Of a DNA stretch of 64,000 nucleotides, positions 29,652 through 38,321 are shown piece by piece. The position numbers and the translations under genes are program-made. Numbering within the stretch: position 1 is the first letter of the stretch; every line of letters starts with the position of its first letter. The DNA comes from Bauldia sp. (GTDB taxonomy: Bacteria > Pseudomonadota > Alphaproteobacteria > Rhizobiales > Kaistiaceae), in contig NZ_OZ246980.1 in NCBI RefSeq assembly GCF_965232525.1, positions 3,872,543 through 3,936,542 of the forward strand. Reading direction: 5' to 3'. Under the pieces are notes generated by a model that did no database searches, had not been told where the DNA came from, and was given only the letters and a program-made list of their open reading frames with translations.

Positions 29652-31268
29652 TCAGATCACCAGCTCGTCGATGACGGCGAAGTCCTTATGCTTGACCTTG
29701 GTGTCGAGCGTGGCGAACAGGACCTGCTTGTCACCGCCCTTGCCGTCGGCGTCGTAGTAGAGCTCGGTCCCCTTGAGGATCAGGTGGTCGTTGCCATCCT
29801 TGGCCTTCTTGCCGACCACGAACTCGCTCTTGTTGACCTTCTTGCCGACCGCATCGAAGACATCGTCGAGGAGAACGATCGTGTCGCCCTTCTTGCGGTT
29901 GAAGTCGACGATCTGATCGACATTGGTGTTCTTGCTGAGCGCGGCGCTGAATACGAACTGGTCGGCGTTCTTGCCGCCTTCGAGGATGTCGTTGCCCCGG
30001 TCGCCGATGAGGATGTCCTTGCCCTTGCCGCCGATCAGTTGGTCCTGCGCCTCGACGCCGATGAGGATGTCCTTGCCGTCCTTGCCCTTGACGACGGCAC
30101 CGGTCACCTTCGAGGTCAGCACGTCTTTGCCGTTGGTGCCCTTGATGACGTCGCCTTCGCGGAAGTCAAGGATGGCGGCGAACACATCGTCGGTCCCGAA
30201 CGGCTCCTCGTGTCCGACCAGAACGCGGCCGTCTTCGAGCAGGGCCGAGAACGTGTTGGTGGTTTCGCCAAACCCGAGGGCCAGGAAGACGTCTCCGACC
30301 TTGTTGCCCTCGCTGTCGAACCGCTGCGCATAGGTATCTTCGACATCGTCATCGTCCCAGGTTACGAGGAAGCCGCCATCGGGAAGCGCGGCAATCGACG
30401 GATCGTCATGATCCACGTCGCCGGGCGGGCTGACCCGAACCCCGGATTTGATCACCACGCCGGTGTCATCAACCACCGCGACGCTGATGGTCCTGTCAGT
30501 GTCACGGTAGACGACGGCGAAGCCGCCGCCAGAAAGGGCAACGACTTCAGGGACGCGCCCGTTGCCGGCCGAGTCGTCGACAAGGATCTCAGGGCCGACA
30601 GTTGGCGGATCGCCGGACGTCACAAGGCGCGCGACGATGTCTTTGTTGACGGTCCCGCCCTCTTCGTCGATCTCATAGACGACGGCGAAGGAACCGTCGG
30701 CCAGGGCCGTGACGACGGCGTTGTTGCCGTCACCGGCGATCTCGAACTCCGAACCCACGACACCGGCAGCGTCGACAAAGACGCCGAGAACCGGCTCGTC
30801 TCCTGGTGTGCTGCGGCTATAAGTGACAAGAAAACCATTCTCGCTGGAGGCGATGTCCGGGGTCTCCGGCGCTCCGCCCGTAGCGTCGGTCACAATCGCC
30901 CCGTTCAAGAGAGCGCCGTCGCCGTCGAAGACCTCGATACGGATCGCCTCTATATCGCCAACCTTGTCCGTGTCGTCTTCATAAACGACGGCAAATCCGC
31001 CATCCGGCCCAGGCGCCAGTCGTTGCGCCTCCTGATCGCCGGCGGTGAATGTTGGGTTGAGCTGAAATTCGCCGCCGACGCGATTGCCGAGCGCATCGTA
31101 GATTTGGCCGACGATGTCGCGGCCGTCGGACAGGGCGACCGGCCCACCATCGCTTTCAGTCCAGGCGATGACAAAGCCGCCGCCATCAAGCGTCGTCACC
31201 GTCGGCGAATTCTGGTCGGCGCCATAGGTCGGGTTGGTTTGGTAGTCAGCCTTCCAAACGAAAGTCAT
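29652..31268 (-). CDS. RTX/T1SS-type Ca-binding protein, one-module paralog of the 910-aa gene
   Basis: Same module and a very similar C-terminal ~170 aa ending KDFAVIDELV; start moved to ATG 31268. Confidence 0.85.
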   Translation of the reverse strand: MTFVWKADYQTNPTYGADQNSPTVTTLDGGGFVIAWTESDGGPVALSDGRDIVGQIYDALGNRVGGEFQLNPTFTAGDQEAQRLAPGPDGGFAVVYEDDTDKVGDIEAIRIEVFDGDGALLNGAIVTDATGGAPETPDIASSENGFLVTYSRSTPGDEPVLGVFVDAAGVVGSEFEIAGDGNNAVVTALADGSFAVVYEIDEEGGTVNKDIVARLVTSGDPPTVGPEILVDDSAGNGRVPEVVALSGGGFAVVYRDTDRTISVAVVDDTGVVIKSGVRVSPPGDVDHDDPSIAALPDGGFLVTWDDDDVEDTYAQRFDSEGNKVGDVFLALGFGETTNTFSALLEDGRVLVGHEEPFGTDDVFAAILDFREGDVIKGTNGKDVLTSKVTGAVVKGKDGKDILIGVEAQDQLIGGKGKDILIGDRGNDILEGGKNADQFVFSAALSKNTNVDQIVDFNRKKGDTIVLLDDVFDAVGKKVNKSEFVVGKKAKDGNDHLILKGTELYYDADGKGGDKQVLFATLDTKVKHKDFAVIDELVI

Positions 31269-31585
31269 GAGTGCTTCCTGTTTCGTTATTAATTTGGTTG
31301 TCGAACTGCCGAGCAGCGGGGCGTCATCAACGACTCTCCGCCCGGGTGCCTTCACGCCGCAGCAAGAACGCACCCGTTGCTATGTTTTTACTTCCTGCAA
31401 CCGATCTTTCGCCCACCAGACCAGATGTCGCGGCGTAACTAGAGCGCTGAAGGAAAAATCAACACCTGGGACGTGAATAAAACCGCGATCAGGCGTTTTT
31501 TTTGTCGAGCTTGACTCGTAATGACCTGAAATCGCGCGTTTTTCGCGACTTTCTCAATATGTCGGCAAATTTTATTGTAAATCTT

Positions 31586-33085
31586 TTACAATAAGGGACT
31601 GATCAACCGCGCCGCGTTTTCGGTGAACCGCTCGCTCGGTCGCCGTCTGGCCCACCGTTCGGGATCGAGCCGGTCGCTGTCGCGAATGTAAGAGTCCTGC
31701 AGATCGGCCAGCTCGCCGGCGAAGCCGGCATCGTAGACGAACAGCGTCACCTCGTAATTGAGCCACAGGCTGCGCATGTCGAAATTAGCGGTGCCGAACA
31801 TCGCCCGCGCCCGGTCGATGGTGATCGATTTGGTGTGGAGCAGGCCGCCCCGATAGAGATGCACGGCGATCCCCGACCCCAACAGGTCGTCGTAATAGGA
31901 CCGGGCGGCATAGCGGGCGAGCACGGAATCGACCCGCTCCGGCACCACGATCCCGACCTCCACCCCCCGCCCGGTGGCGCGGGCGAGCGCCCGGAGCAGC
32001 GAGACGTCAGGAACGAAGTACGGTGTCGTCAGCACCAGGCGCTCGCGTGCCGAGTCGATCAGCGCGATCATCATCTGCAGGAGCCCGTCGCCGGAGATGC
32101 CGGGGCCGCTGGGAATGACCTGCATGTCGACCGTACCGACCGGTGCATTGAGGTGCAGCCCGGCGCTCTGCACTAGTTTGACCACCGGCTCGCCGGTTTC
32201 CAGTCGCCAGTCGGCGATCGCGGTCGCCGCAAGCGGGGCCACGGCCGGCCCTTCCAGCCGCACCATGGCGTCGATCCATTCGCCGACCCCAGCGTCGGTC
32301 TTGAAGTAGCGCGGATCGACCATGTTCATGCTGCCGGTCCAGGCGATCGTGCCGTCGATCACCACGATCTTGCGGTGCAGGCGGAGGTCGGTGCGTCCGA
32401 CGAAACTGCGAATGAGGCCGGCTGGCAATGCCGCGCGGACCTCGACCCCGGCGGCGCGGAGGCGCGACGGGACGCGGCTGCGCCACCATGGCCGCGCGCC
32501 GAGCGCATCGATCAAGAGGCGGCATGACACGCCGCGCTTGGCAGCCCGGACGATCGCTTCGGTCACCGCGTCGGCCGCGCCGCCCTCGCCCCAGATATAG
32601 AAGACCATGACCACGCTGGTTTTCGCCGCGTCGACCTCGGACGCGATCCGGTGAAGCACCGTCTCGGTATTGTCGAACAGTTGGTAGGCGTTGCCGCCGA
32701 CCGCGTGGCTGCCGGCCAGGTTGCCACCGAGCGCGTCGAGCCGGCGCGTGGTCGGGTCCTCGTGGATCGCTTCGCCTTCGACCGGCCCGTGCACCTTCTC
32801 CGGTCCGAACAGCCGGCGGTAACCGCGATGGAGCGTGATCATCTCGCGCTCACGAGCCGGATCGATACGCCGCTCGCCAATCAGCAGATAGATGAGCGCG
32901 CCCGCGTAAGGCACGAGCGCGACAAGGAAAAGCCACGCCAGGGCGACGCCCGGCTGCGGTCGCTTGTTGATCACTCGGACGCCGATGCCGACGACCAACA
33001 TCCAGTGGATCACCACGCCGATGCTGACGGCGTTCAGCACCAGCGCGGCTCCTCGCGCAACGGCTTCGTCGGTTTCATGCGCCAC
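31586..33085 (-). CDS. cls: Cardiolipin synthase
   Basis: N-terminal PLDc_N TM hairpin, two HKD motifs (HRKIVVID, HTKSITID). Confidence 0.93.
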   Translation of the reverse strand: MAHETDEAVARGAALVLNAVSIGVVIHWMLVVGIGVRVINKRPQPGVALAWLFLVALVPYAGALIYLLIGERRIDPAREREMITLHRGYRRLFGPEKVHGPVEGEAIHEDPTTRRLDALGGNLAGSHAVGGNAYQLFDNTETVLHRIASEVDAAKTSVVMVFYIWGEGGAADAVTEAIVRAAKRGVSCRLLIDALGARPWWRSRVPSRLRAAGVEVRAALPAGLIRSFVGRTDLRLHRKIVVIDGTIAWTGSMNMVDPRYFKTDAGVGEWIDAMVRLEGPAVAPLAATAIADWRLETGEPVVKLVQSAGLHLNAPVGTVDMQVIPSGPGISGDGLLQMMIALIDSARERLVLTTPYFVPDVSLLRALARATGRGVEVGIVVPERVDSVLARYAARSYYDDLLGSGIAVHLYRGGLLHTKSITIDRARAMFGTANFDMRSLWLNYEVTLFVYDAGFAGELADLQDSYIRDSDRLDPERWARRRPSERFTENAARLISPLL

Positions 33086-33145
33086 CCTTTCCGTCCGTGC
33101 CGCTTACGATAAGCCGCGGCGGCATGGGCGGAAAGGGCGCGAGCG

Positions 33146-34216
33146 TCAGCGGCCCCGGCGTGCCGCCACCGCGTCGGCGAGCGTATCGAGCACCGCGACC
33201 GAGGCGTCCCAATCGATGCAGCCGTCGGTGATGCTTTGGCCGTAGGTGAGCGGCTCCCCTGCCTTCAGGTCCTGCTTGCCGCCGACCAGATGGCTTTCGA
33301 TCATCGCCCCGACGATCCGCTGGTCGCCGGCCGCGACCTGTTCGGCGATCGCGTCGATGACCTTAGGCTGGTTCTCCGGCTTTTTCGCGCTGTTGGCGTG
33401 ACTCGCGTCGATCATCACCATCGGCCGCTGGCCGGAGCCTTCGAGCACCGCGCAGGCGGCCTCGACGCTGGCAGCGTCATAGTTCGGCGTCTTGCCGCCG
33501 CGCAAGATGATATGACAATCCGGATTACCGGCGGTCGCTGCGATCGCCGACTGGCCGCTCTTGGTGACGGCGAGGAAATGGTGGGGCATCGACGCCGATT
33601 TCACCGCGTCGGCGGCGATCTTGACGTTGCCGTCGGTGCCGTTCTTGAAGCCAACCGGACAGGAGGTTCCCGACGCCAGTTCCCGGTGGACCTGGCTCTC
33701 GGTGGTGCGCGCCCCGATCGCCGCCCAGGAGACCAGATCGGCAATGTATTGCGGCGTCGTCATGTCGAGGAACTCGCAGCCGGCCGGGAGCCCCATGTCG
33801 TTGACGTCGGCCAGCAACGCCCGGGCGAGCCGCAGTCCCTTGTCGATCGCGAAGCTGCCGTCGAGGTCGGGATCGTTGATCAGCCCCTTCCAGCCGACCG
33901 TGGTTCGCGGTTTCTCGAAATAGACCCGCATGACGATTTCCAGCCGGTCGGAGAGCCGCGCCCGAACCTCGGCGAGGCGGCGCGCGTAGTCGCGCGCGGC
34001 GTCCGGATCGTGAATCGAACACGGTCCGATCACGACGATCAGCCGATCGTCGGCGCCGGCCAGGATGCGGTGGATCGCAGCACGGCAACCCACGACCGTG
34101 GCGGTCGCCTTGGCATCGCGCGGGTACTCGGCGATCACCGCGTCGGGCGGACTGAGCTCCTTGATCGCGGTGATCCTGAGATCGTCGGTGGTATCGGTTT
34201 CGAGGGTCGTCAGCAT
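33146..34216 (-). CDS. aroG: Class I DAHP synthase (AroF/G/H family)
   Basis: GPCSIHD, MRVYFEKPRTTVGWKGLINDP, IGARTTESQ.HRELASG, GFKNGTDG, HIILRGG, DASHANS.K, YGQSITDGC; isoenzyme type cannot be fixed from sequence. Confidence 0.96.
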   Translation of the reverse strand: MLTTLETDTTDDLRITAIKELSPPDAVIAEYPRDAKATATVVGCRAAIHRILAGADDRLIVVIGPCSIHDPDAARDYARRLAEVRARLSDRLEIVMRVYFEKPRTTVGWKGLINDPDLDGSFAIDKGLRLARALLADVNDMGLPAGCEFLDMTTPQYIADLVSWAAIGARTTESQVHRELASGTSCPVGFKNGTDGNVKIAADAVKSASMPHHFLAVTKSGQSAIAATAGNPDCHIILRGGKTPNYDAASVEAACAVLEGSGQRPMVMIDASHANSAKKPENQPKVIDAIAEQVAAGDQRIVGAMIESHLVGGKQDLKAGEPLTYGQSITDGCIDWDASVAVLDTLADAVAARRGR

Positions 34217-34257
34217 GGGTCACGGTTCCTTGGCTTTGCGCCCGGCCGGCGACCAAC

Positions 34258-34288
34258 AAAAAAAGCCGCCGGAAGGTCCTGGCGGCTT
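34258..34288 (-). terminator. Attenuator terminator upstream of DAHP synthase
   Basis: AAGCCGCC(A)GGA-CCT-TCCGGCGGCTT followed by a run totalling 7 T on the minus strand, about 40 nt before the ATG. Confidence 0.85.
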
Positions 34289-34313
34289 GTCGGTGGTCGT
34301 TTCTCGGGTGAAA

Positions 34314-34394
34314 TCAGATCGAACGAACCCCTGCCTCCGCCATGGGCTGCGGATAGCTAAACCAAAAGTAATAGAAGGCGGCGGCGCGGTTCAT
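34314..34394 (-). CDS. Aromatic-amino-acid leader peptide MNRAAAFYYFWFSYPQPMAEAGVRSI (26 aa)
   Basis: Manual translation; 7 aromatic codons within 8 positions, directly upstream of the terminator and the DAHP synthase gene. Confidence 0.85.
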   Translation of the reverse strand: MNRAAAFYYFWFSYPQPMAEAGVRSI

Positions 34395-34829
34395 GGCGCG
34401 CGTCATAGCCGAAGCCCGCACCGTTGTCACCCCGTCAATGTTGGCCCGCTGTGGCGGTCACCGCAGATCGGGGTCGATGGAACACAAGCGTCAACGCCGT
34501 GAATCCCGCCCGTTGTCGAATCCTCTGCGGAGTGTAGTTGGTATTTCGGGAGAACGCGTGCGGCGGTGCGTGCTTCGAGGCTCGGGCTGAAGCCCTCGCA
34601 CCTCAGCATGAGGGGGGTGGGCGAAGATCAAGTCGGGACAGCCCGCTTGGGCTGATACAACAGACCTCATCTTGAGGTGCGAGGCCGCCCTGAGCGGCCG
34701 AGCCTCGAAAGACGCAGCATCGGTGCAGCTTGCACCGACCCGCGTGCTTCGGGACCGTCTTCGGGTACCTCTGCATCAGGAGAGCGGACCACTGATACAT
34801 CGCAATTCAACAACGACAACACCGCGGAT

Positions 34830-34982
34830 CCCTCCCCGGCACCGGGGAGGGGGGGACCACCCGAAGGGTGGTGGGCGGGGTGAACCCTAACCCACCCCCC
34901 AACACACCGACCTCCAGACGCCGATGGTCAACCCCACCCGACCGCCGCTTCGCGCCGGCCACCCTCCCCAGATTGGGGAGGG
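34830..34982 (+). mobile_element. Gene-less copy of the DUF559 element (left end, ~50-bp spacer, right end)
   Basis: Left end 34830-34880 and right end 34932-34982 match the ends flanking the DUF559 gene. Confidence 0.65.
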
Positions 34983-35280
34983 ATGGCGGTTGGAGCGCCA
35001 TTTCCGAGCAGCCCTCCGATCGCTACGACAGGCGAGGCCGCCCAGACACCAACGATCGCGACGACGAGACACGACGCCGACACCGCGGTCCCTCCCCGGC
35101 ACGGGGAGGGGGGACCACCCGAAGGGGTGGTGGGTGGGGTCCTTGCGAGATTTCGACCCTACCCGGCCAACCTTCGCGGGAATGAGCGGAGGTGGTGACG
35201 ACTGTACAGCAACAACGCCGATCCACCCGTCCCAGCGGAGCGGACTCCCGGTCCGCGCCGCCCGTCTCCACCCGCTCCGC

Positions 35281-35412
35281 GTCGTCCTCTGGCTTGACCA
35301 GAGGACCCATCGAAACCGTTGCTCCGATGACGACCGCGATACCGGCTTTCGCGCTTCAGTGCCCAGCCGCGCACCACTGATACCGGGTCCTCTGGTCAAG
35401 CCAGAGGACGAC
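35281..35412. repeat. 132-bp REP doublet (family R3) with 28-bp perfect inverted ends
   Basis: GTCGTCCTCTGGCTTGACCAGAGGACCC ... GGGTCCTCTGGTCAAGCCAGAGGACGAC; second copy at 51322-51453. Confidence 0.9.
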
Positions 35413-35652
35413 GGGGTGGAGGCTCAACGGTCATCGCCCTCATGCCGAGAGCCCGCCCCTCGACCTCGTCCAGGACCCGCCCCCCGACCTCATCTTGAGG
35501 TGCGAGGCCGCCCTGAGCGGCCGAGCCTCGAAAGACGCAGCATCGGTGCAGCTTGCACCGACCCGCGTGCTTCGGGACCGTCTTCGGGTACCTCCGCATC
35601 AGGAGAGCGGACCACTGATGCATCGCAATTCAACAACGACAACACCGCGAAT

Positions 35653-36137
35653 CCCTCCCCGGCACCGGGGAGGGGGGACCACCCGAAGGGTGGTGGGTGG
35701 GGCTCGCGAGTCGCACGATCAAAAATGCCGTGTACAGTGACTATCATGGCAAGCAACCGCGCCCGCCAACTCCGAAAGACTATGACCCCGCAAGAGGTTA
35801 AGCTGTGGGTTCATCTGAGAACGTGGCGCGCGGGTGGCGTCCACTTCCGGCGACAGGCGCCGGTCAACGGTTATGTGGTTGACTTTCTGTGTCGCAGAAA
35901 CCGCCTCGTTATCGAAATCGACGGGAGCGGCCACACGCGGTTCCGCCAGGCGACAAACGACCGCACTCGCGATCAAGCTCTCGCAGCAGCCGGCTATCGT
36001 GTCGTTCGCTTCTGGAATAGAGAAATCGACACCAATCTGCCGGGCGTGCTTCACGCCATACGGTTCGCAGTTAACGAAACCAGAAACCCCACCCGACCGT
36101 CGCTTCGCGCCGGCCACCCTCCCCAGATTGGGGAGGG
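35653..36137 (+). mobile_element. Candidate autonomous element: double-hairpin inverted ends enclosing a DUF559 nuclease gene
   Basis: Left end CCCTCCCC-n6-GGGGAGGG-GG-ACCACCC-GAA-GGGTGGT-GGGTGGGG (35653-35702); right end CCCCACCC-GACCG..CCGGCC-A-CCCTCCCC-AGATT-GGGGAGGG (36087-36137). Mobility is inferred, not shown. Confidence 0.6.
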
Positions 36138-36141
36138 ATAA
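35746..36141 (+). CDS. DUF559 (Vsr-like / very-short-patch-repair-like) endonuclease domain protein
   Basis: ARQLRKTMTPQEVKLW..LR, HFRRQAP..GYVVDF.C....LVIEIDGSGH, D..RD..L...GYRVVRFWN; start at ATG 35746 or 35725. Confidence 0.92.
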   Translation: MASNRARQLRKTMTPQEVKLWVHLRTWRAGGVHFRRQAPVNGYVVDFLCRRNRLVIEIDGSGHTRFRQATNDRTRDQALAAAGYRVVRFWNREIDTNLPGVLHAIRFAVNETRNPTRPSLRAGHPPQIGEG

Positions 36142-36207
36142 GACGCGCGTTACCCAATCGTCACCGCAGATCGGGGTCGATGGAGGCGTACGCAGCGCAA
36201 CCGCGAT

Positions 36208-36359
36208 CCCTCCCCGCTTGTCGGGGAGGGGGGACCACCCGAAGGGTGGTGGGTGGGGCGAACCCTAACCCACCTCCCAACACACCGACCTCCAGACACC
36301 GTTGATCAACCCCACCCGACCGCCCTTCGCGCCGGCCACCCTCCCCAGATTGGGGAGGG
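36208..36359 (+). mobile_element. Second gene-less copy of the DUF559 element
   Basis: Left end 36208-36258, spacer nearly identical to 34881-34931, right end 36310-36359; a further left end at 36467-36516. Confidence 0.65.
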
Positions 36360-36608
36360 ATGGCGGTTGGAGCGCCATTTCCGAGCAGCCCTCCGATCGC
36401 TACGACAGGCGAGGCTGTCCAACCACCGACGATCGCGACGACACGTCACGACACCGACACCGCGGTCCCTCCCCGGCACCGGGGAGGGGGGACCACCCGA
36501 AGGGTGGTGGGTGGGGTGAGCCCCCCAACTCAACCGCCGACACGCGAACCCAAGTGAGCCGACATAGCCAGAAGGCCGGCCGCCATGAGCGCGGCCGGCC
36601 TCGCCGGT

Positions 36609-36998
36609 TCAGCTCGCGTAGCTAATGAACGCGAGGTTGGCGCCGAACGGGTCCTTGATCGTCGCCATGCGGCCGACGCCGGGGAAGTCCGCCGGCTCCG
36701 CCACCGAGTTCGCGCCGGCTTTCAGCGCGTCTTTGTAGCGGGCGTCGACATCGTCGACAGTGACATAGACCAGCCAGTGGCCATTGGTGTTGGGCTGCGG
36801 GTTGAAGCCGCCGACTCCCTTCTCGCCGACCATGATACCGGGATAGGCCGAACCGTCCTTCATCGGCATGTCGACTACGTTCCAGCCGAGAACGCTCTCA
36901 TAGAACTTGCGGGCGGCCGCAGGGTCGGCTCCATTGTGGCCGATCCAGCTCGGGGCGCCATGGGTTGCCATCGGGTCGTTGCTCATCATCACCTCCAT
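36609..36998 (-). CDS. VOC/glyoxalase family protein
   Basis: D..AARKFY..VLGW, W.VYV.VDDVDA, PGVGR.A...DPFGA. Confidence 0.88.
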   Translation of the reverse strand: MEVMMSNDPMATHGAPSWIGHNGADPAAARKFYESVLGWNVVDMPMKDGSAYPGIMVGEKGVGGFNPQPNTNGHWLVYVTVDDVDARYKDALKAGANSVAEPADFPGVGRMATIKDPFGANLAFISYAS

Positions 36999-37064
36999 CA
37001 GAACCGCCGCACCATTGCGGCGGCATCGGAAGGGTGACGAACGACCGTCGCCCGATCCGACAGC

Positions 37065-38321
37065 TCAGGCGATTTTTTTGGCAAGCGCGGCGACCCGTTC
37101 GGCGATGAACGCCCGCTCCGGTTCGGTCGGCGCCATCGCCAGCGCGCGATCGTAGGCCGCGGACGCCGCCGCGTAGTCGCCGCAGTCTTCCAGGAACGCC
37201 GCCCGGGTCGAGTGGTAGGGCTGGTAGTGTCGCAACGCGTCGGCCAGCGGCTCGATCAATTCAAGCGCCGCCCGCGCGCCCTTGATCCGTGATACCGCGA
37301 CCGCTCGGTTGAGCGTGATCACCGGGCTCGGCTGGATCGCCTCGAGCGCCTGGTAAAGCCGCTCGATCTCGGCCCAGTCGGTGGCCGCCGCGGTTGTCGC
37401 CGAGCAGTGGACGGCGGCGATCGCCGCCTGGATCTGCAGGGCGCCCGGGCGTCCCTTGCGCAGCGCCTTTTCCACCAGCACCAGCCCCTCGGCGATCATC
37501 TCCCGATCCCAGAGGCCGCGATCCTGCCGGTCGAGCGCGACCAGATGGCCATCCGCGTCGAGGCGGGCATCGCGCCGGGAATGCTGGAGCAGGCACAGCG
37601 CCAGCAGCCCCGCGACCTCGCCCTGCCCCGGAAACAGATCGAGCAACAGTCGCGCTAGGCGAATGGCCTCGTCGCAGAGCGCCAGGCGGATGTGATCGTG
37701 GCCGCCGCCTGCCGAGTAGCCTTCGTTGAAGAGTAGATAGACCATCGTCACCACCGCGTTCAGCCGCACGGTGCGTTCGGTCCGGGTCGGCGGATCGAGC
37801 CGCGTCGCCACCTCCGCAGCGCGGCGCTTGGCCCGGGTGATGCGTTGTTCCATCGCCTTCGGCGAGACGACAAACGCCCGCGCGATCTCCGCGACCGAGA
37901 AGCCGACCACTACCTTCAGCGCCAGCGCCAACTGGTCGGCGGTCGACAGCTCCGGATGGCAGCACATGAACATCAGCCGCAGCACATCGTCGCGGAATTC
38001 GGCGTCGTCGATCGCCGCCGCCATTTCGGCCTCGCGATCGTCGTCGAAGGTCAGGGTGTCGAGCACCTGCTCGGCCCCGACCGACGCGGTGAAGCGGCGT
38101 CGCCGGATCTGGTCGAGACCGGCGTTGCGGGCGACCCGGATCAGCCAGGCGACCGGATCGCGCGGCACGCCCTCCTCCGCCCATTTCTGCGCGGCGCGCA
38201 CGCAGGCTTCCTGGAACATGTCCTCGGCGAAATCGATATCGCGAAAGCTGCGCACCAGCGCGGCGACCGCCCGCGGCCGGCTCGCGGCGAAAACCGCCCG
38301 GGTGAGCCCGCCGCCGCTCAT
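37065..38321 (-). CDS. ECF sigma factor with C-terminal TPR extension (ECF42-like)
   Basis: D...AED.FQEA, P.DP.AWL..VARN, DD.LRL.F.CCHP, EQRITRAK, YL.FNEGY, LNRAVA; adjacent to a DGPF/YciI gene. Confidence 0.88.
   Translation of the reverse strand: MSGGGLTRAVFAASRPRAVAALVRSFRDIDFAEDMFQEACVRAAQKWAEEGVPRDPVAWLIRVARNAGLDQIRRRRFTASVGAEQVLDTLTFDDDREAEMAAAIDDAEFRDDVLRLMFMCCHPELSTADQLALALKVVVGFSVAEIARAFVVSPKAMEQRITRAKRRAAEVATRLDPPTRTERTVRLNAVVTMVYLLFNEGYSAGGGHDHIRLALCDEAIRLARLLLDLFPGQGEVAGLLALCLLQHSRRDARLDADGHLVALDRQDRGLWDREMIAEGLVLVEKALRKGRPGALQIQAAIAAVHCSATTAAATDWAEIERLYQALEAIQPSPVITLNRAVAVSRIKGARAALELIEPLADALRHYQPYHSTRAAFLEDCGDYAAASAAYDRALAMAPTEPERAFIAERVAALAKKIA

Larger units (their letters stand above)
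34568..35604. repeat. REP-like family R2 (CCTCATC/GCTGAGG...GCCTCGAA.ACGCA), several copies in both orientations
   Basis: Copies at about 34568-34612, 34665-34717, 34745-34782, 35488-35540 and 35567-35604; further copies at 51534-51576, 60232-60302 and 60337-60405. Confidence 0.8.

Noticed and set aside
35653-36137. Classical IS element
   Set aside because: No DDE, HUH, serine or tyrosine recombinase gene and no clear target-site duplication; reported only as a candidate novel element.
34924-36141. 405-aa ORF as a single protein
   Set aside because: The first ~270 codons run through GC-rich repeats and give low-complexity Arg/Pro sequence; only the last ~131 codons are the DUF559 domain.
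34560-36520. CRISPR array
   Set aside because: The repeats are of several types, about 30-55 bp, in both orientations; the spacers are themselves repeated rather than unique; no cas genes are present.
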